This document shows positions 38,577 to 47,928 of a stretch of 64,000 nucleotides of DNA, in pieces. The translations under genes and the position numbers were made by a program. The stretch's first letter is position 1, and every line of letters starts with the position of its first letter. The stretch lies in NCBI GenBank assembly GCA_022340905.1, contig JAJDNB010000014.1, forward strand, positions 1,227-65,226, in the 5' to 3' direction. Below the pieces are notes generated by a model. It searched no databases and was not told the origin of the DNA. It saw only the letters and a list, made by a program, of their open reading frames with translations. The DNA is from Deltaproteobacteria bacterium (GTDB taxonomy: Bacteria > Desulfobacterota > Syntrophobacteria > BM002).

Positions 38577-39464
38577 TTGTGTTATGAAAGGCCCATGAAT
38601 TCTCCCAAACTCATTGCAGCGCAGCGTGAATTTGACAGGTTTATCGAACAGATTAGCAGGGTAAAGTATTTGGCTGTGGACTCGGAGTCAAATAGCTATT
38701 TTGCCTACAGACCGCGCATCTGCCTCATCCAAATTTCCGCAAACAACACAGACTTTATCCTCGATCCCCTGACCCTGAAAGACTTCACTGGCCTGGGTCG
38801 CATTCTCTCAGACCCTTCTGTGGAGAAAATAATTCACGCTGCTGAAAACGACATTATTGGCTTCAAAAGGGACTATCGTTTCCAGGTAATTAACATCTTC
38901 GACACCTCGGTAGCTGGTCGCCTGCTGGGTCGCAAAAGATTGGGGCTTGCCACCATTCTCTCCGAGGAATTCGGCATTACCGTGGACAAAAAATATCAGC
39001 GCTGCAATTGGGAAAAGCGTCCTCTTAACCCAGAGCAACTCTGTTACGCCCAGCAGGACACACATTTTCTCAAAAAATTGCGGGACCTACTCCACAACCA
39101 GCTCGTAGAACGCAATCTTTGGCACCAGGCAAAGCGGGATTTTGCTCGATTGGAAAAAGTTCGGGTCAGACCTCCGAGAGAGTGGGATCCAGATGGTCAC
39201 CTCCGTCTAAGGGGTGCAGAGCAATTGTCCCAAACCTCTTTGGGAGTTCTCAAAGAGCTGTTTGCCCACCGGGAGCATTTAGCCCGAAAAACCAACAAGG
39301 CTCCCTTTCGGATAATGAACAACGAATTTATGGTGAGGTTGGCTAGGGAGATGCCGGAGAGGAAAAGCGACCTGCTGAGGATTAGAGGACTGCCTGCCCC
39401 CTTCAAGGGAAAAAAGTCAGCTCAACTCCTTCGAGTCATCAAGAAGGGAAAATCGGTTAATTAG
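38577..39464 (+). CDS. rnd: Ribonuclease D (3'-5' exoribonuclease with HRDC domain)
   Basis: DEDDy exonuclease motifs (LAVDSESNSYFAYRPRICLIQIS; YAQQDTHFL) and a C-terminal HRDC domain. The start may instead be the internal ATG at 38595 (MNSPKL). Confidence 0.85.
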   Translation: MCYERPMNSPKLIAAQREFDRFIEQISRVKYLAVDSESNSYFAYRPRICLIQISANNTDFILDPLTLKDFTGLGRILSDPSVEKIIHAAENDIIGFKRDYRFQVINIFDTSVAGRLLGRKRLGLATILSEEFGITVDKKYQRCNWEKRPLNPEQLCYAQQDTHFLKKLRDLLHNQLVERNLWHQAKRDFARLEKVRVRPPREWDPDGHLRLRGAEQLSQTSLGVLKELFAHREHLARKTNKAPFRIMNNEFMVRLAREMPERKSDLLRIRGLPAPFKGKKSAQLLRVIKKGKSVN

Positions 39465-39467
39465 GAA

Positions 39468-39700
39468 ATTGGTCGATTGGTCAATTGGGAAATTAGGCAA
39501 ATCGTTATTTCGTCATCGTGGCATTCATAACCATTTGACTATTTGACATATTGACGATTTGACTTGCTGTTGTCTGACGTCTGACCTCTGACCTTTGGGC
39601 TGGACGACTTCTACGATTTCTACGACCTGCTGAATTCTCTAATTCCCTAATTCTCATTTGTCCTCCGGACTCGGGTCCGGAAGGTGGGGTCGCTTGACAT
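39468..39700. repeat. Conserved roughly 100-bp intergenic element (plus-orientation copy) with flanking mosaic
   Basis: ggtcgattggtcaattgggaaattaggcaaatcgttatttcgtcatcgtggcattcataaccatttgactatttgacatattgacgatttgacttgctgt, followed by tgtctgacgtctgacctctgacc and cgacttctacgatttctacgac. Near-identical copies are at 57137..57240 and 47584..47645. A reverse-complement copy is at 21984..22080. Confidence 0.7.
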
Positions 39701-39754
39701 CATGCCTCCCTTGGCTTATAAGCGATAATCCTACACCGCCACTAGGAAAGGAAA

Positions 39755-41482
39755 TTGATGGGTGACTGTTCTTACCTGAAAGATGCGCTCAAATCATACA
39801 CTTACGATCAGGACAAGGTGCGAACCCCGGAGGAAACGGTGGCTCATGTACGACAGAGGTTCGCCAGCGTGGACATGGACATTTTGCAACAGACAATGCG
39901 CATCGACACAGGACGCCTGGACATACCCGTATACATAAGCCTCTGCGGCTCAGATGCTGTGGTTCTCACAGGAACCAAGAAACAGATGGGCAAAGGAGGT
40001 ACGCCAATCCAAGCGGAGGCCAGCGCTTTGATGGAGCTCGCTGAACGTTTCAGCTTCTTTTCCTTTATCAAGAACACGCTCTTCCCCTTGGCCACTTACT
40101 CAGAGTTGGACGGCAACAGCCTGCCAGTAGAAATGCTCTGGCAGTCTCTCCACGACACTGTAACCGATCCGAATTTGGGCGCCGCCGTTATCAGAGGAAT
40201 GCCTTTTCGCTGGACCCGAGCCTGCAACCTAACGCGCAATGAAGAGTTATTGATTCCTATCGATTGGTTTTACACTATCAACGAGTACAACGGACCTGCA
40301 GCAGGCAATGTGCGGGAGGAGGCCATCCTCCAGAGCATCTGCGAGGTAGTCGAGCGGCACGTCTCCTCGGTGATCAGCAACGAACGCATGGTTACTCCCA
40401 GTATCGATCCAGCCAGCGTTCAAGATCCGGCAGCAAGGGAACTCCTCGACAAGTTTGCTGCACAGTCGATTCGCCTTTTCATAAAAGACTTCTCTTTGGA
40501 AACCGGCATTCCCACAGTAGGAACTCTGGCCTGGGACCCCAGAACCTTTCCCGAAAAAAGCGAGATCGTCTTCACAGCTGGCACCACACCCAATGCAGAC
40601 AAATCTCTCGTCCGAGCCCTCACCGAGATAGCTCAGTTGGCAGGAGATTTCGAACTTCGTACCAGTTATCGGCCGACTTTGCCCAAGTACAAGAGTCTCG
40701 AGGAAGCAGAGTACATTACGACCGAGGCTCCCGTAGTGTCCATAAAAAGTCTGCCCGATCTCAGCGACAACAACTTCAAGACCGAAATTGAACGATGTGT
40801 ATCCACCCTTTCTCATTTAGGCATGGAGGTCTTGGTCGTTGACGTGACCCACCCGCAGCTGGGTATCCCGGCCGTCTACACCATTATACCGGGAGCTCAT
40901 TTTAGAGATCGCACCAGGGACAGCAACGTAATCTTCCATGCGGCCAAGATTATCAGTCAGTCTGTGGAAGGGGGTCGCGCTGTTGGCGCGATCCAAAGGT
41001 TGATTGATGGTTTTCCCGGACGTTACGATCTCCATTTTTTTCTGGGCTTGGTTTTGGAATACCAAGGCGAAGCGGGTGAAGCTCTGGGGGAGTTTCAAAG
41101 GGCTCTGGACTTAAATCCCGGTCCCCTCGATATTGCCAGCGTCCACACGCACATAGGGGTCTGTCTGAAGGATCTAGAGGACTACAAGGGAGCCATCGGA
41201 GCTCTCGAACAAGCGAGGGAGTTTGATCCTAATCTCAAGGAAATCTACAATGTTCTGGGCTTTTGCTATTTCAAGCTCAAGGAGCATGAGCAATCTATCC
41301 AGCAGTTCGAAAAAGCCATAGAGATTGATCCCGGCTCTGCCATTGACTACGCCAACATCGGTTCGAATCTGAGGGAGATGGGTCACAAAAAAGAAGCAAT
41401 CCGCCTTTATCGGATAGCCCTCGAGATTGATCCCACCATTGATTTTGCCAGGGAAAGTTTGGCCAAGTTGGAGGGGAAGTGA
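39755..41482 (+). CDS. ycaO: YcaO-domain protein with C-terminal TPR repeats (E. coli YcaO-type, non-TOMM)
   Basis: YcaO ATP-binding signature (TGTKKQMGKGGTPIQAEASALMELAERFS) and a roughly 170-aa C-terminal TPR region. The 575-aa length and architecture match E. coli YcaO, which is linked to RimO-dependent S12 methylthiolation. Confidence 0.8.
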   Translation: MMGDCSYLKDALKSYTYDQDKVRTPEETVAHVRQRFASVDMDILQQTMRIDTGRLDIPVYISLCGSDAVVLTGTKKQMGKGGTPIQAEASALMELAERFSFFSFIKNTLFPLATYSELDGNSLPVEMLWQSLHDTVTDPNLGAAVIRGMPFRWTRACNLTRNEELLIPIDWFYTINEYNGPAAGNVREEAILQSICEVVERHVSSVISNERMVTPSIDPASVQDPAARELLDKFAAQSIRLFIKDFSLETGIPTVGTLAWDPRTFPEKSEIVFTAGTTPNADKSLVRALTEIAQLAGDFELRTSYRPTLPKYKSLEEAEYITTEAPVVSIKSLPDLSDNNFKTEIERCVSTLSHLGMEVLVVDVTHPQLGIPAVYTIIPGAHFRDRTRDSNVIFHAAKIISQSVEGGRAVGAIQRLIDGFPGRYDLHFFLGLVLEYQGEAGEALGEFQRALDLNPGPLDIASVHTHIGVCLKDLEDYKGAIGALEQAREFDPNLKEIYNVLGFCYFKLKEHEQSIQQFEKAIEIDPGSAIDYANIGSNLREMGHKKEAIRLYRIALEIDPTIDFARESLAKLEGK

Positions 41483-41650
41483 GAGGTCAGCAGTAAGCGG
41501 TAAACGGTACAAGATGTTATTCGTTATTTGTCATACGTTATCCCTTATACGTTACTCGGAAAACATCAGCCTATAACTCGCTGTCGTCTGTCATCTGGTC
41601 CGACGATTCCTACGAACTAACCTTTTGACCATTTGACCAATCGACTAATT
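41480..41650. repeat. Mosaic intergenic repeat block
   Basis: Contains ggtcagcagtaagcggtaaacgg, ttattcgttatttgtcatacgttatcccttatacgttac, ctgtcgtctgtcatctggtccgacgattcctacgaactaaccttttgaccatttgaccaatcgactaattgac. Confidence 0.55.
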
Positions 41651-41721
41651 GACTTGAGCCTTACGTCTTGCACCTTTCTGCCAATCCGCGATTGCCTTTC
41701 CAGCCTTTCTCGCTTCGAACA

Positions 41722-42252
41722 TCAAGCCCTTTGGGCGAAGAAGATGGCCCAGATATCCAACCCAATCATGGTCACAATCGTCGCACCCTTGAAAACCAGA
41801 GCAAAAACCCGTCCCAACAAGCCGCCCCACCCTACTCGCATTGCCTGGCTCATTTTTCTTTGCTCCAGATAGGTAACCATAAATCCACCCACGAATGCAC
41901 CGAAAAAAGCCCCCACCACAGAGCCGAACCCAAAGAGCATGGGTGTCAAAATAATTGCACCTATGAATCCGCCTATCAACGTCCCCAACATTGCTCTTCT
42001 TGAACCCCCATATCGTCGGGCTCCCCAGAGACCAGACCAAATCTCCAGAACTTCCGCCACAACCGCAAGCACTAGGAGGCCCAAAAGCATCTGATAGGTG
42101 ATTACCGAGAATCCGGTCACCCAACTATAAAAGACAGATGCGACCAGTACTAACCAGGTTCCTGGAAGACCGAGGACAACCGCGATCAAACCCACAGGCA
42201 TGGCAAGAATCAGTATGACCAGGGCCACGATCGTGAGAACTTGTGCGCTCAT
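41722..42252 (-). CDS. DUF456-family membrane protein
   Basis: Four to five TM helices with Gly-rich packing (GTLIGGFIGAI...GAFFGAFVGGF). Length is 176 aa. Confidence 0.65.
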   Translation of the reverse strand: MSAQVLTIVALVILILAMPVGLIAVVLGLPGTWLVLVASVFYSWVTGFSVITYQMLLGLLVLAVVAEVLEIWSGLWGARRYGGSRRAMLGTLIGGFIGAIILTPMLFGFGSVVGAFFGAFVGGFMVTYLEQRKMSQAMRVGWGGLLGRVFALVFKGATIVTMIGLDIWAIFFAQRA

Positions 42253-42383
42253 GTATCAACTCTCATTTTCAAGCTGTCAGGTGTCAGAAACGATAGACCA
42301 CATCGCTGAAACCTGACACCTGTTGGAGCGAAGCGGAAATCCCGTCTGCAGCGAAGCGGCAGCGGGGAACACTGAAACCTAAA

Positions 42384-43556
42384 TTAGAAACGGCTAGGCA
42401 TCCTCTGAGGCAGAAGCCGCAGTTGACACTGTCTCATGAAGAACTTATCAGTCATTCCGGCGATGAAATCACGGACCACCTCTGCAGGTGAGTGGGAGTC
42501 GATGTACTCCGCTGACATGCCATCAAGAAAACCACTGAAAAGGTCGGAGTCGCGGTTCTCTTCGGCAAAATCCTCCATGTAGATCTCAAAGAGGGTCTCG
42601 AACATGCGACCAATCTTTGCCACTTGCCCTTTAATTTTGGGGTTTTGATAAATTCTTTCGTAATTGAAAGATTTGAGCTCCCGGAGGGATTCGGAGACCT
42701 CGGGACTGAAACCAACCCCGGCTTTGTCCATGCTGTTTTTAATCACATCTTCCACGAGATTGTAAACAATTGCGCCGTTGGTGGTTCCCAAGAGAGTGCC
42801 GCAGTTCGGGGGTATTTCTTCTCGACGAATGAGATTGAGTCTGATGGCATCTTCTATGTCACGGCCAATGTAACTAATTGTGTCGGCAAGGCGCACCACG
42901 CAACCTTCTAAGGTCATGGGCGTCAACTTGGCCTCTGGATCGTCACTTTTCATTTTCATTTCTCGGTCGAGGTCAGTAAAAGTCTTGCCCGGTTGAGGCC
43001 TCAAGCTCTGCTCGTGGATCTCCCCATCGTGACAGATAATACCATCCAACACCTGGAGAGTGAGGTTCCAACCTTTGCCCTTTTTCTCTATGCGGTCCAG
43101 GAAGCGAACGCTCTGAATGTTGTGTTGAAACCCACCAATCCCATGGCGACGACAGATGTGGGAAAGATACCTCTCACCATCGTGTCCGAAGGGAGCGTGG
43201 CCGATATCATGACCGAGGGCAATGGCCTCGATGAGGTCCTCGTTCAAACGGAGAAAGCGGCCAACGTCCCTGGCTATCTTGGAAAGGAATTGGACATGCA
43301 GCACCCTGTGGGTAATGTGGTCATTGTCCACCAAATAGAAAACCTGGGTCTTGTCAATGTAGCGCGTGTAAGCCAGCGAATGGAGTATCCTGTCTCCATC
43401 AAGAGAGAAGTTTTGCCTGTGTCCTCTGTCAACCCTTTCCTCTGGTCGTCTGCGGATGGCTGCCGTACTAAGGGTGGCGTATGGGGAAAGCACACTTGCT
43501 TCACGCTCGATAAGCTCCTCTTTGGCCCCCAGCAAGGGCGAAATTCTCTTTTCCAT
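42384..43556 (-). CDS. dGTPase-like HD-domain deoxynucleoside triphosphate triphosphohydrolase
   Basis: Has the HD motif ...HDIGHAPFGH... and dGTP triphosphohydrolase-family conservation. Length is 390 aa. Confidence 0.85.
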   Translation of the reverse strand: MEKRISPLLGAKEELIEREASVLSPYATLSTAAIRRRPEERVDRGHRQNFSLDGDRILHSLAYTRYIDKTQVFYLVDNDHITHRVLHVQFLSKIARDVGRFLRLNEDLIEAIALGHDIGHAPFGHDGERYLSHICRRHGIGGFQHNIQSVRFLDRIEKKGKGWNLTLQVLDGIICHDGEIHEQSLRPQPGKTFTDLDREMKMKSDDPEAKLTPMTLEGCVVRLADTISYIGRDIEDAIRLNLIRREEIPPNCGTLLGTTNGAIVYNLVEDVIKNSMDKAGVGFSPEVSESLRELKSFNYERIYQNPKIKGQVAKIGRMFETLFEIYMEDFAEENRDSDLFSGFLDGMSAEYIDSHSPAEVVRDFIAGMTDKFFMRQCQLRLLPQRMPSRF

Positions 43557-43632
43557 GGCTCAAAAATTCCTCTGTTTTCCGGCAGAAATGGTGTCATTTG
43601 TTCATTTCGAACTTTAACACAGTCAACTGACA

Positions 43633-44025
43633 CTACAGCCGAATTTTTTCCAGGGCAGAGATCACATCCAGATCGGCCTCGACAAAAGTGTACTCATTCA
43701 TCTCTGGAACAGTCACCCAAAGAACTTGTTCATGGTCCACCAATTTCATTTTACCGCCTACAATCGAGCACCAGAAGGCGATAAGCTCGATGTTGAAGTC
43801 AGGGTACTGGTGATGTGTTGTGCAGAAGTGTTTTTCTACACTAATTTCCAGATTGAGTTCCTCTTTGATCTCCCGACGCAAACAGTCCTCAGGAGTCTCA
43901 TCCGGTCTTACCTTGCCTCCGGGAAATTCCCACTTCCAGCCAAAACGCTTGCGCCTGCCTCTCTGGGCAATTAAGATCTTATCTTCATCTCTGATCAACG
44001 CCGCGGTCACCAAGCCCATATTCAC
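43633..44025 (-). CDS. NUDIX hydrolase, MutT-like (8-oxo-dGTP diphosphatase type)
   Basis: Nudix box GGKVRPDETPEDCLRREIKEELNLEI. Length is 130 aa. Confidence 0.8.
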   Translation of the reverse strand: MNMGLVTAALIRDEDKILIAQRGRRKRFGWKWEFPGGKVRPDETPEDCLRREIKEELNLEISVEKHFCTTHHQYPDFNIELIAFWCSIVGGKMKLVDHEQVLWVTVPEMNEYTFVEADLDVISALEKIRL

Positions 44026-44034
44026 CCTATACTC

Positions 44035-44811
44035 TCATTCTTTCCCTGTACCTTGAAATTCACCAGCGCCTAGCCCGAGGGAACGAACCTTCCTGCGCAG
44101 CTCAGTCGGCAACTCATTCTGCCATGACCCAAGCTCAGGCTGGTAGCCGAGATAATTTGCCAGGCGGTAAAGACCTATCTCTGTCTTGGCGTCTTCTATC
44201 TCGCCCGAACGACACCAAGAAATCGCTTTGGAAAGTTCATGGAACTGGAAATCGCCTAGCTCTTCCATAGGATGACCATCGCCTTCCGGTTCCATTCCCT
44301 TACGGGGGTCAACCTTTACAGCCCGATAATATATTTTCTCCATGCCGAAACCCGGTGATGAGAAGGAGCCTCCACCGAGTTCCACCAGCTCTTCGGGCTC
44401 TACCTCATATCCCGCCTCTTCCTTGACTTCACGAACTGCCCTGCCGTTAATTCCTATGGTGTCCAAATCATTGTACTCGATTCCGCCTGCCACCAACTCA
44501 AGGTAAATTAAACGCGGCATACCATCCAGAGAGACCTTGGCAGGATTGTTTTTCCTCAGGTAAATTGAAGGCCTAACTCCACGTCGGAGACCAACACACA
44601 CCTTTCCGTCCTCATCGATGTAGTAGAGGACAACTGCTACGGCGTCAGCAAAATGACCTTCTATGACATCGAAGATGTAGGGCTGAGAATACAGACCGTT
44701 ATCATAACGATGTCTTAGCCGCAACCTGCGGAGCCGCACAAAGGGTGGAACTGATTCACCAGTTTCCTCTCCGACGACTTCAATATCCATTAACCGTTCA
44801 GGGCTGATCAC
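44035..44811 (-). CDS. NUDIX-like hydrolase (divergent)
   Basis: A degenerate Nudix box (GGIEYNDLDTIGINGRAVREVKEEAGY) within a 258-aa protein. It is adjacent to and on the same strand as the MutT-like gene. Confidence 0.55.
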   Translation of the reverse strand: MISPERLMDIEVVGEETGESVPPFVRLRRLRLRHRYDNGLYSQPYIFDVIEGHFADAVAVVLYYIDEDGKVCVGLRRGVRPSIYLRKNNPAKVSLDGMPRLIYLELVAGGIEYNDLDTIGINGRAVREVKEEAGYEVEPEELVELGGGSFSSPGFGMEKIYYRAVKVDPRKGMEPEGDGHPMEELGDFQFHELSKAISWCRSGEIEDAKTEIGLYRLANYLGYQPELGSWQNELPTELRRKVRSLGLGAGEFQGTGKE

Positions 44812-44859
44812 TACAGCTCCTTCTAAAAAAAGTACAAAATTTTAAGGACGAAACAAGCT

Positions 44860-45250
44860 CAAAGGGCTAATCTGAGATATGAGATACGAGATGCGAGATT
44901 TAGCATTGCGAAATAGGTTTTTACTCTATGCCCCATGCTCCATGCTAAATCTCACATCTCTGATCACACGTCAGTCGCCAAGGAGTTCGATGCTACTTGT
45001 GCCTGGACTATGCCCCAATTGTTGTGGGCAAGTCAAGAGAAGGACTGGATGCTGGATGCTGGATGCTTGATGCCGGCAAAGCTCTGGCAGACAGAGACAT
45101 CTACCCTGCTGGATGCCGGGGCAGACAAGAAGTGTATCATGCGAGAAAGGATACTCGCCCGAGATGCTTAATTCCCTTTCTCGCATTTCTCGCCCTTAAC
45201 GCTATGCGCCATGGGCTATGCTCAATGCGCAGGAGGCCATACTTCTGCGT
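44860..45250. repeat. Mosaic intergenic repeat block
   Basis: Carries a third copy of the scpA-flanking element (gagatgcgagatttagcattgcgaaataggtttttactctatgccccatgctccatgctaaatctcacatctc). It also contains ggatgctggatgctggatgcttgatgccgg and a partial gcgagaaagg element (ccctttctcgcatttctcgccc...gctatgcgccatgggctatgc). Confidence 0.6.
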
Positions 45251-45310
45251 CTGCTGGACTGAAAAGAGGCCAGCCTAGGTCACCCATTAGTTGAAGAGCG
45301 GTTGTCTGGC

Positions 45311-45640
45311 TTACCTGATGGAGCGCTTGGAAGCTTTGAGAGGATTCAGCTTCACAACCTTCTCGGCACCAAGCTTTACGTGGGTGGCGAGATTACAGGA
45401 GCCGTTTTTCCACTTGATCTGTGGTTCTGGGCAGGACTGGCAAAAAACGCCTTGCGGTAAGGTCACAGCCTTGCCGCAACCTTGGCAGGATTCGACGATG
45501 GGGTGACAGACGCCACCATTGTAGGTGCATCCTTGCTTGCCCATGAAAAAACATTCTGTGCCTACTTTGATCGTTTGACAGAGCATTGTCCGTCCCTCCT
45601 CTAATGTAAAGGATTTATCGCTTTCTTTCCAATCATGCAT
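45311..45640 (-). CDS. Cysteine-rich small protein (12 Cys), putative metal-binding
   Basis: A 109-aa protein with CxxC/CxC arrays (CQGCGKAV...CQSCPEP). Family uncertain. Confidence 0.5.
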   Translation of the reverse strand: MHDWKESDKSFTLEEGRTMLCQTIKVGTECFFMGKQGCTYNGGVCHPIVESCQGCGKAVTLPQGVFCQSCPEPQIKWKNGSCNLATHVKLGAEKVVKLNPLKASKRSIR

Positions 45641-46132
45641 CTCCCCACGCCGAGTGTTGAGACCCGCTTGGGAAGGCGAACAAAAAGCCGGGGTTTACTC
45701 AGTACCGAAGGAAACCCCGGCTTGGAACCGTAGATATATAACAAAAGTGAATCTAATTTCCAAGCTTAAATACGTTACACACGTTTACTTTTTTCTTTGA
45801 GCGAAAAATTAATTCCTCTCTGCATCGTCTTCAACCATATTCCTCTCAATTAGAACAATTACCTCTGGCTATCAGTAAACCATCCAAGCCAAGGTTTCAG
45901 TGTTCAGGTACAATTATTCAGGGTACAAGTTTGGCGTTTCTGTCTTTTTCTTCCTGACCCCTGACACCTGAAACCTCAGTCTTTCCAATACGCCGATCTC
46001 ACTTTTTTGCGCCGCCCCCACTTCAATAGAAAAGCCAAAAATGCTAGGATTGGGTATTTTTGAACTTTCAGTATGAACCCTGTCCCATTCAGTGGGTCGT
46101 AAATGATGATATAAAAGGACTGGAGTAAAAAT

Positions 46133-46429
46133 ATGGAAGTTATCAAGTCGGTTGTGGAGGATCCCAGTTTGAGCCCGGCAGAGAAGGTTCTCTTTGCTAT
46201 CATCTATTGTCACCGACAGGGAAAGGAATGCAACCTGTCCGTTCAAGACCTTATAGACCGTGTGGGCATAGAACTGGAAACAGTGCAGAAATCTTTGCAG
46301 CATTTGGAAAAGGGAGGATTCATAAGGGTGAAGGAAAATTGTCAAATAACTGACGCCAGCAGCTTTCTCAATTGCGCGGTTTTGACAGAAGAACTGAAAG
46401 GCAAAGGTCCTGATGTCCCGCGCCCATGA
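46133..46429 (+). CDS. Small winged-helix (MarR/ArsR-like) DNA-binding protein, putative regulator of the downstream transporter
   Basis: A 98-aa protein with an HTH-like stretch (LSVQDLIDRVGIELETVQKSLQHLEKGGFIRV). It overlaps the EamA gene by 4 nt (ATGA). The antisense track ORF 45914..46471 is judged spurious. Confidence 0.5.
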   Translation: MEVIKSVVEDPSLSPAEKVLFAIIYCHRQGKECNLSVQDLIDRVGIELETVQKSLQHLEKGGFIRVKENCQITDASSFLNCAVLTEELKGKGPDVPRP

Positions 46430-47346
46430 GCCCCAGGGTAAAGGTGAAAACCCCTGACAAGTCCGCTCCAACTGTTGGTGCCCTTTTGATGCTGGCTGCC
46501 GCCTTACTCTTCGCGGTCCTCGACGGTCTCATCAAGCTTCTCGGCCCACCGTTCCGGGTGTGGGATATAGCCTTCTACCGATTCGCCTGCGGTCTGGCTG
46601 TTTTACTGCCTATTTTAGGCTGGAAGGGTAATCCATTCTCGGGTCATAATCGAAGGCTATTAGTAGTCAGGGGAATAACCGGGTGCTGTGCTTTCTTGGC
46701 ACTCGTTGCAGCCATTCGTCTAATTCCAATTTCCACCGCCCTAGTCCTTTTTTTTTCTTTTCCCGCTTTCGCCGCCTTTTTCTCGCCTCTGATCTTTAAG
46801 GAGGCCATTTCCCGAGATGAAATTTTGTTTGTCCTTGCTGCTTTAGCCGGAGTAGCCGTTCTCTTCGATTTTAGTCTGCACTCGGCTCTTTTGGGGCAAG
46901 CATTGGCTGTCTTGGGCGGCAGTTTCGCAGGCCTGACCATCTCTATTATCAAAAAGTTGAGGGAGACAAACGGTTCGGCAGTAATCTATCTTTACTTCTG
47001 CCTCCTTGGTGCCGGTATCTCATTGCCGCCATTTATTGCCAACCCGCAGGTTCCCAGCGTTCCGGTGGAATGGCTCATGCTCGGTGGGATTGTCTTCTCG
47101 GCCTTGGCCGCCCAACTCCTGATGAATCAGGGATTTCACTATTGCAAGAGCTGGGAGGGCGGCCTTTTCCTCATGGCTGAAGTAGTCTTCACTTCAACGC
47201 TCGGCATACTCCTTCTCGGTGAACCGGTGACTTGGCGTTTTTGGGTGGGAGGGGCTATGGTTCTCGGCAGTGCTGTGGCTCTCAACCGAGGCAATGCCAG
47301 AAGGATTTCCTACCGGGGCGTGGGGCACAATTCAGCAGGCAGCTGA
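46426..47346 (+). CDS. DMT superfamily transporter (EamA family, 10 TM)
   Basis: Two EamA repeats, polytopic hydrophobic. Length is 306 aa. Confidence 0.8.
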   Translation: MSPRVKVKTPDKSAPTVGALLMLAAALLFAVLDGLIKLLGPPFRVWDIAFYRFACGLAVLLPILGWKGNPFSGHNRRLLVVRGITGCCAFLALVAAIRLIPISTALVLFFSFPAFAAFFSPLIFKEAISRDEILFVLAALAGVAVLFDFSLHSALLGQALAVLGGSFAGLTISIIKKLRETNGSAVIYLYFCLLGAGISLPPFIANPQVPSVPVEWLMLGGIVFSALAAQLLMNQGFHYCKSWEGGLFLMAEVVFTSTLGILLLGEPVTWRFWVGGAMVLGSAVALNRGNARRISYRGVGHNSAGS

Positions 47347-47680
47347 CAGCGGGCAGCAGGCAGATAGCACTAAGCGTCATTTGCCTTCGGCGTCATTAAG
47401 TCACTACGCTGCGCTGTCATTTATTGTAAAAGGAGGAAGCCCAAGGTCAGAGGTCAGAGGAGAGATTGCGGATTTCGGATTGTGGATTGCGGATTTAAAA
47501 TCAAGGAGACAGGAGACAGAAGTCAGAGATCAGAGGACAGCAAGTCAAATCGTCAATATGTCAAATAGTCAAATGGTTAAATGGTCAATTGGGAAATTAG
47601 GCAAATCGTTATTTCGTCATCGTGGCATTCATAACCATTTGACTAGTTATCTAATTGACTGGCTACCGGATTTTTTGATT
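47340..47680. repeat. Mosaic intergenic repeat block with copies of three conserved elements
   Basis: At 47341..47430 it carries the gcgtcatttgccttcggcgtcattaagtcactacgctgcgctgtcatt element. It then has ggtcagaggtcagagg, gattgcggatttcggattgtggattgcggatttaaaatcaaggagacaggagacag, and gacagcaagtcaaatcgtcaatatgtcaaatagtcaaatgg. It ends with the roughly 100-bp element core ggtcaattgggaaattaggcaaatcgttatttcgtcatcgtggcattcataaccatttgact. Confidence 0.65.
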
Positions 47681-47685
47681 GGGAA

Positions 47686-47928
47686 TTATTTTTCTCTATT
47701 GATCTTATTGTAGAGAGCAATCTGCTCTTGAAGAGAAAGTTTCTCTTCAGATTTCCTTCCAGTTCCTTTACAAACCTGGCAGCGAGAAGGTGAGCACTCC
47801 TGACAGAAATGGCAATCCGGGCAAGGGTGCTTCTTAGATCCTTCCCTGCAGCAGGGATCGAAGAAAAGGCCCTGATACATTGGCAGACGCTGAAATTTCT
47901 TTTCCGAGTCGGGCACCGTTTCTCCCAA
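47686..47928 (-). CDS. Small cysteine-rich protein with a DnaJ CR-type zinc-finger-like motif
   Basis: CQVCKGTG matches CxxCxGxG. Further Cys clusters are CCREG and CPDCHFCQEC. Length is 80 aa. Confidence 0.45.
   Translation of the reverse strand: MGETVPDSEKKFQRLPMYQGLFFDPCCREGSKKHPCPDCHFCQECSPSRCQVCKGTGRKSEEKLSLQEQIALYNKINREK

Noticed and set aside
45914-46471. 185-aa minus-strand ORF antisense to the wHTH gene
   Set aside because: It overlaps the better-supported plus-strand wHTH ORF, which is 4-nt coupled to the EamA gene. Its translation has no recognisable features.
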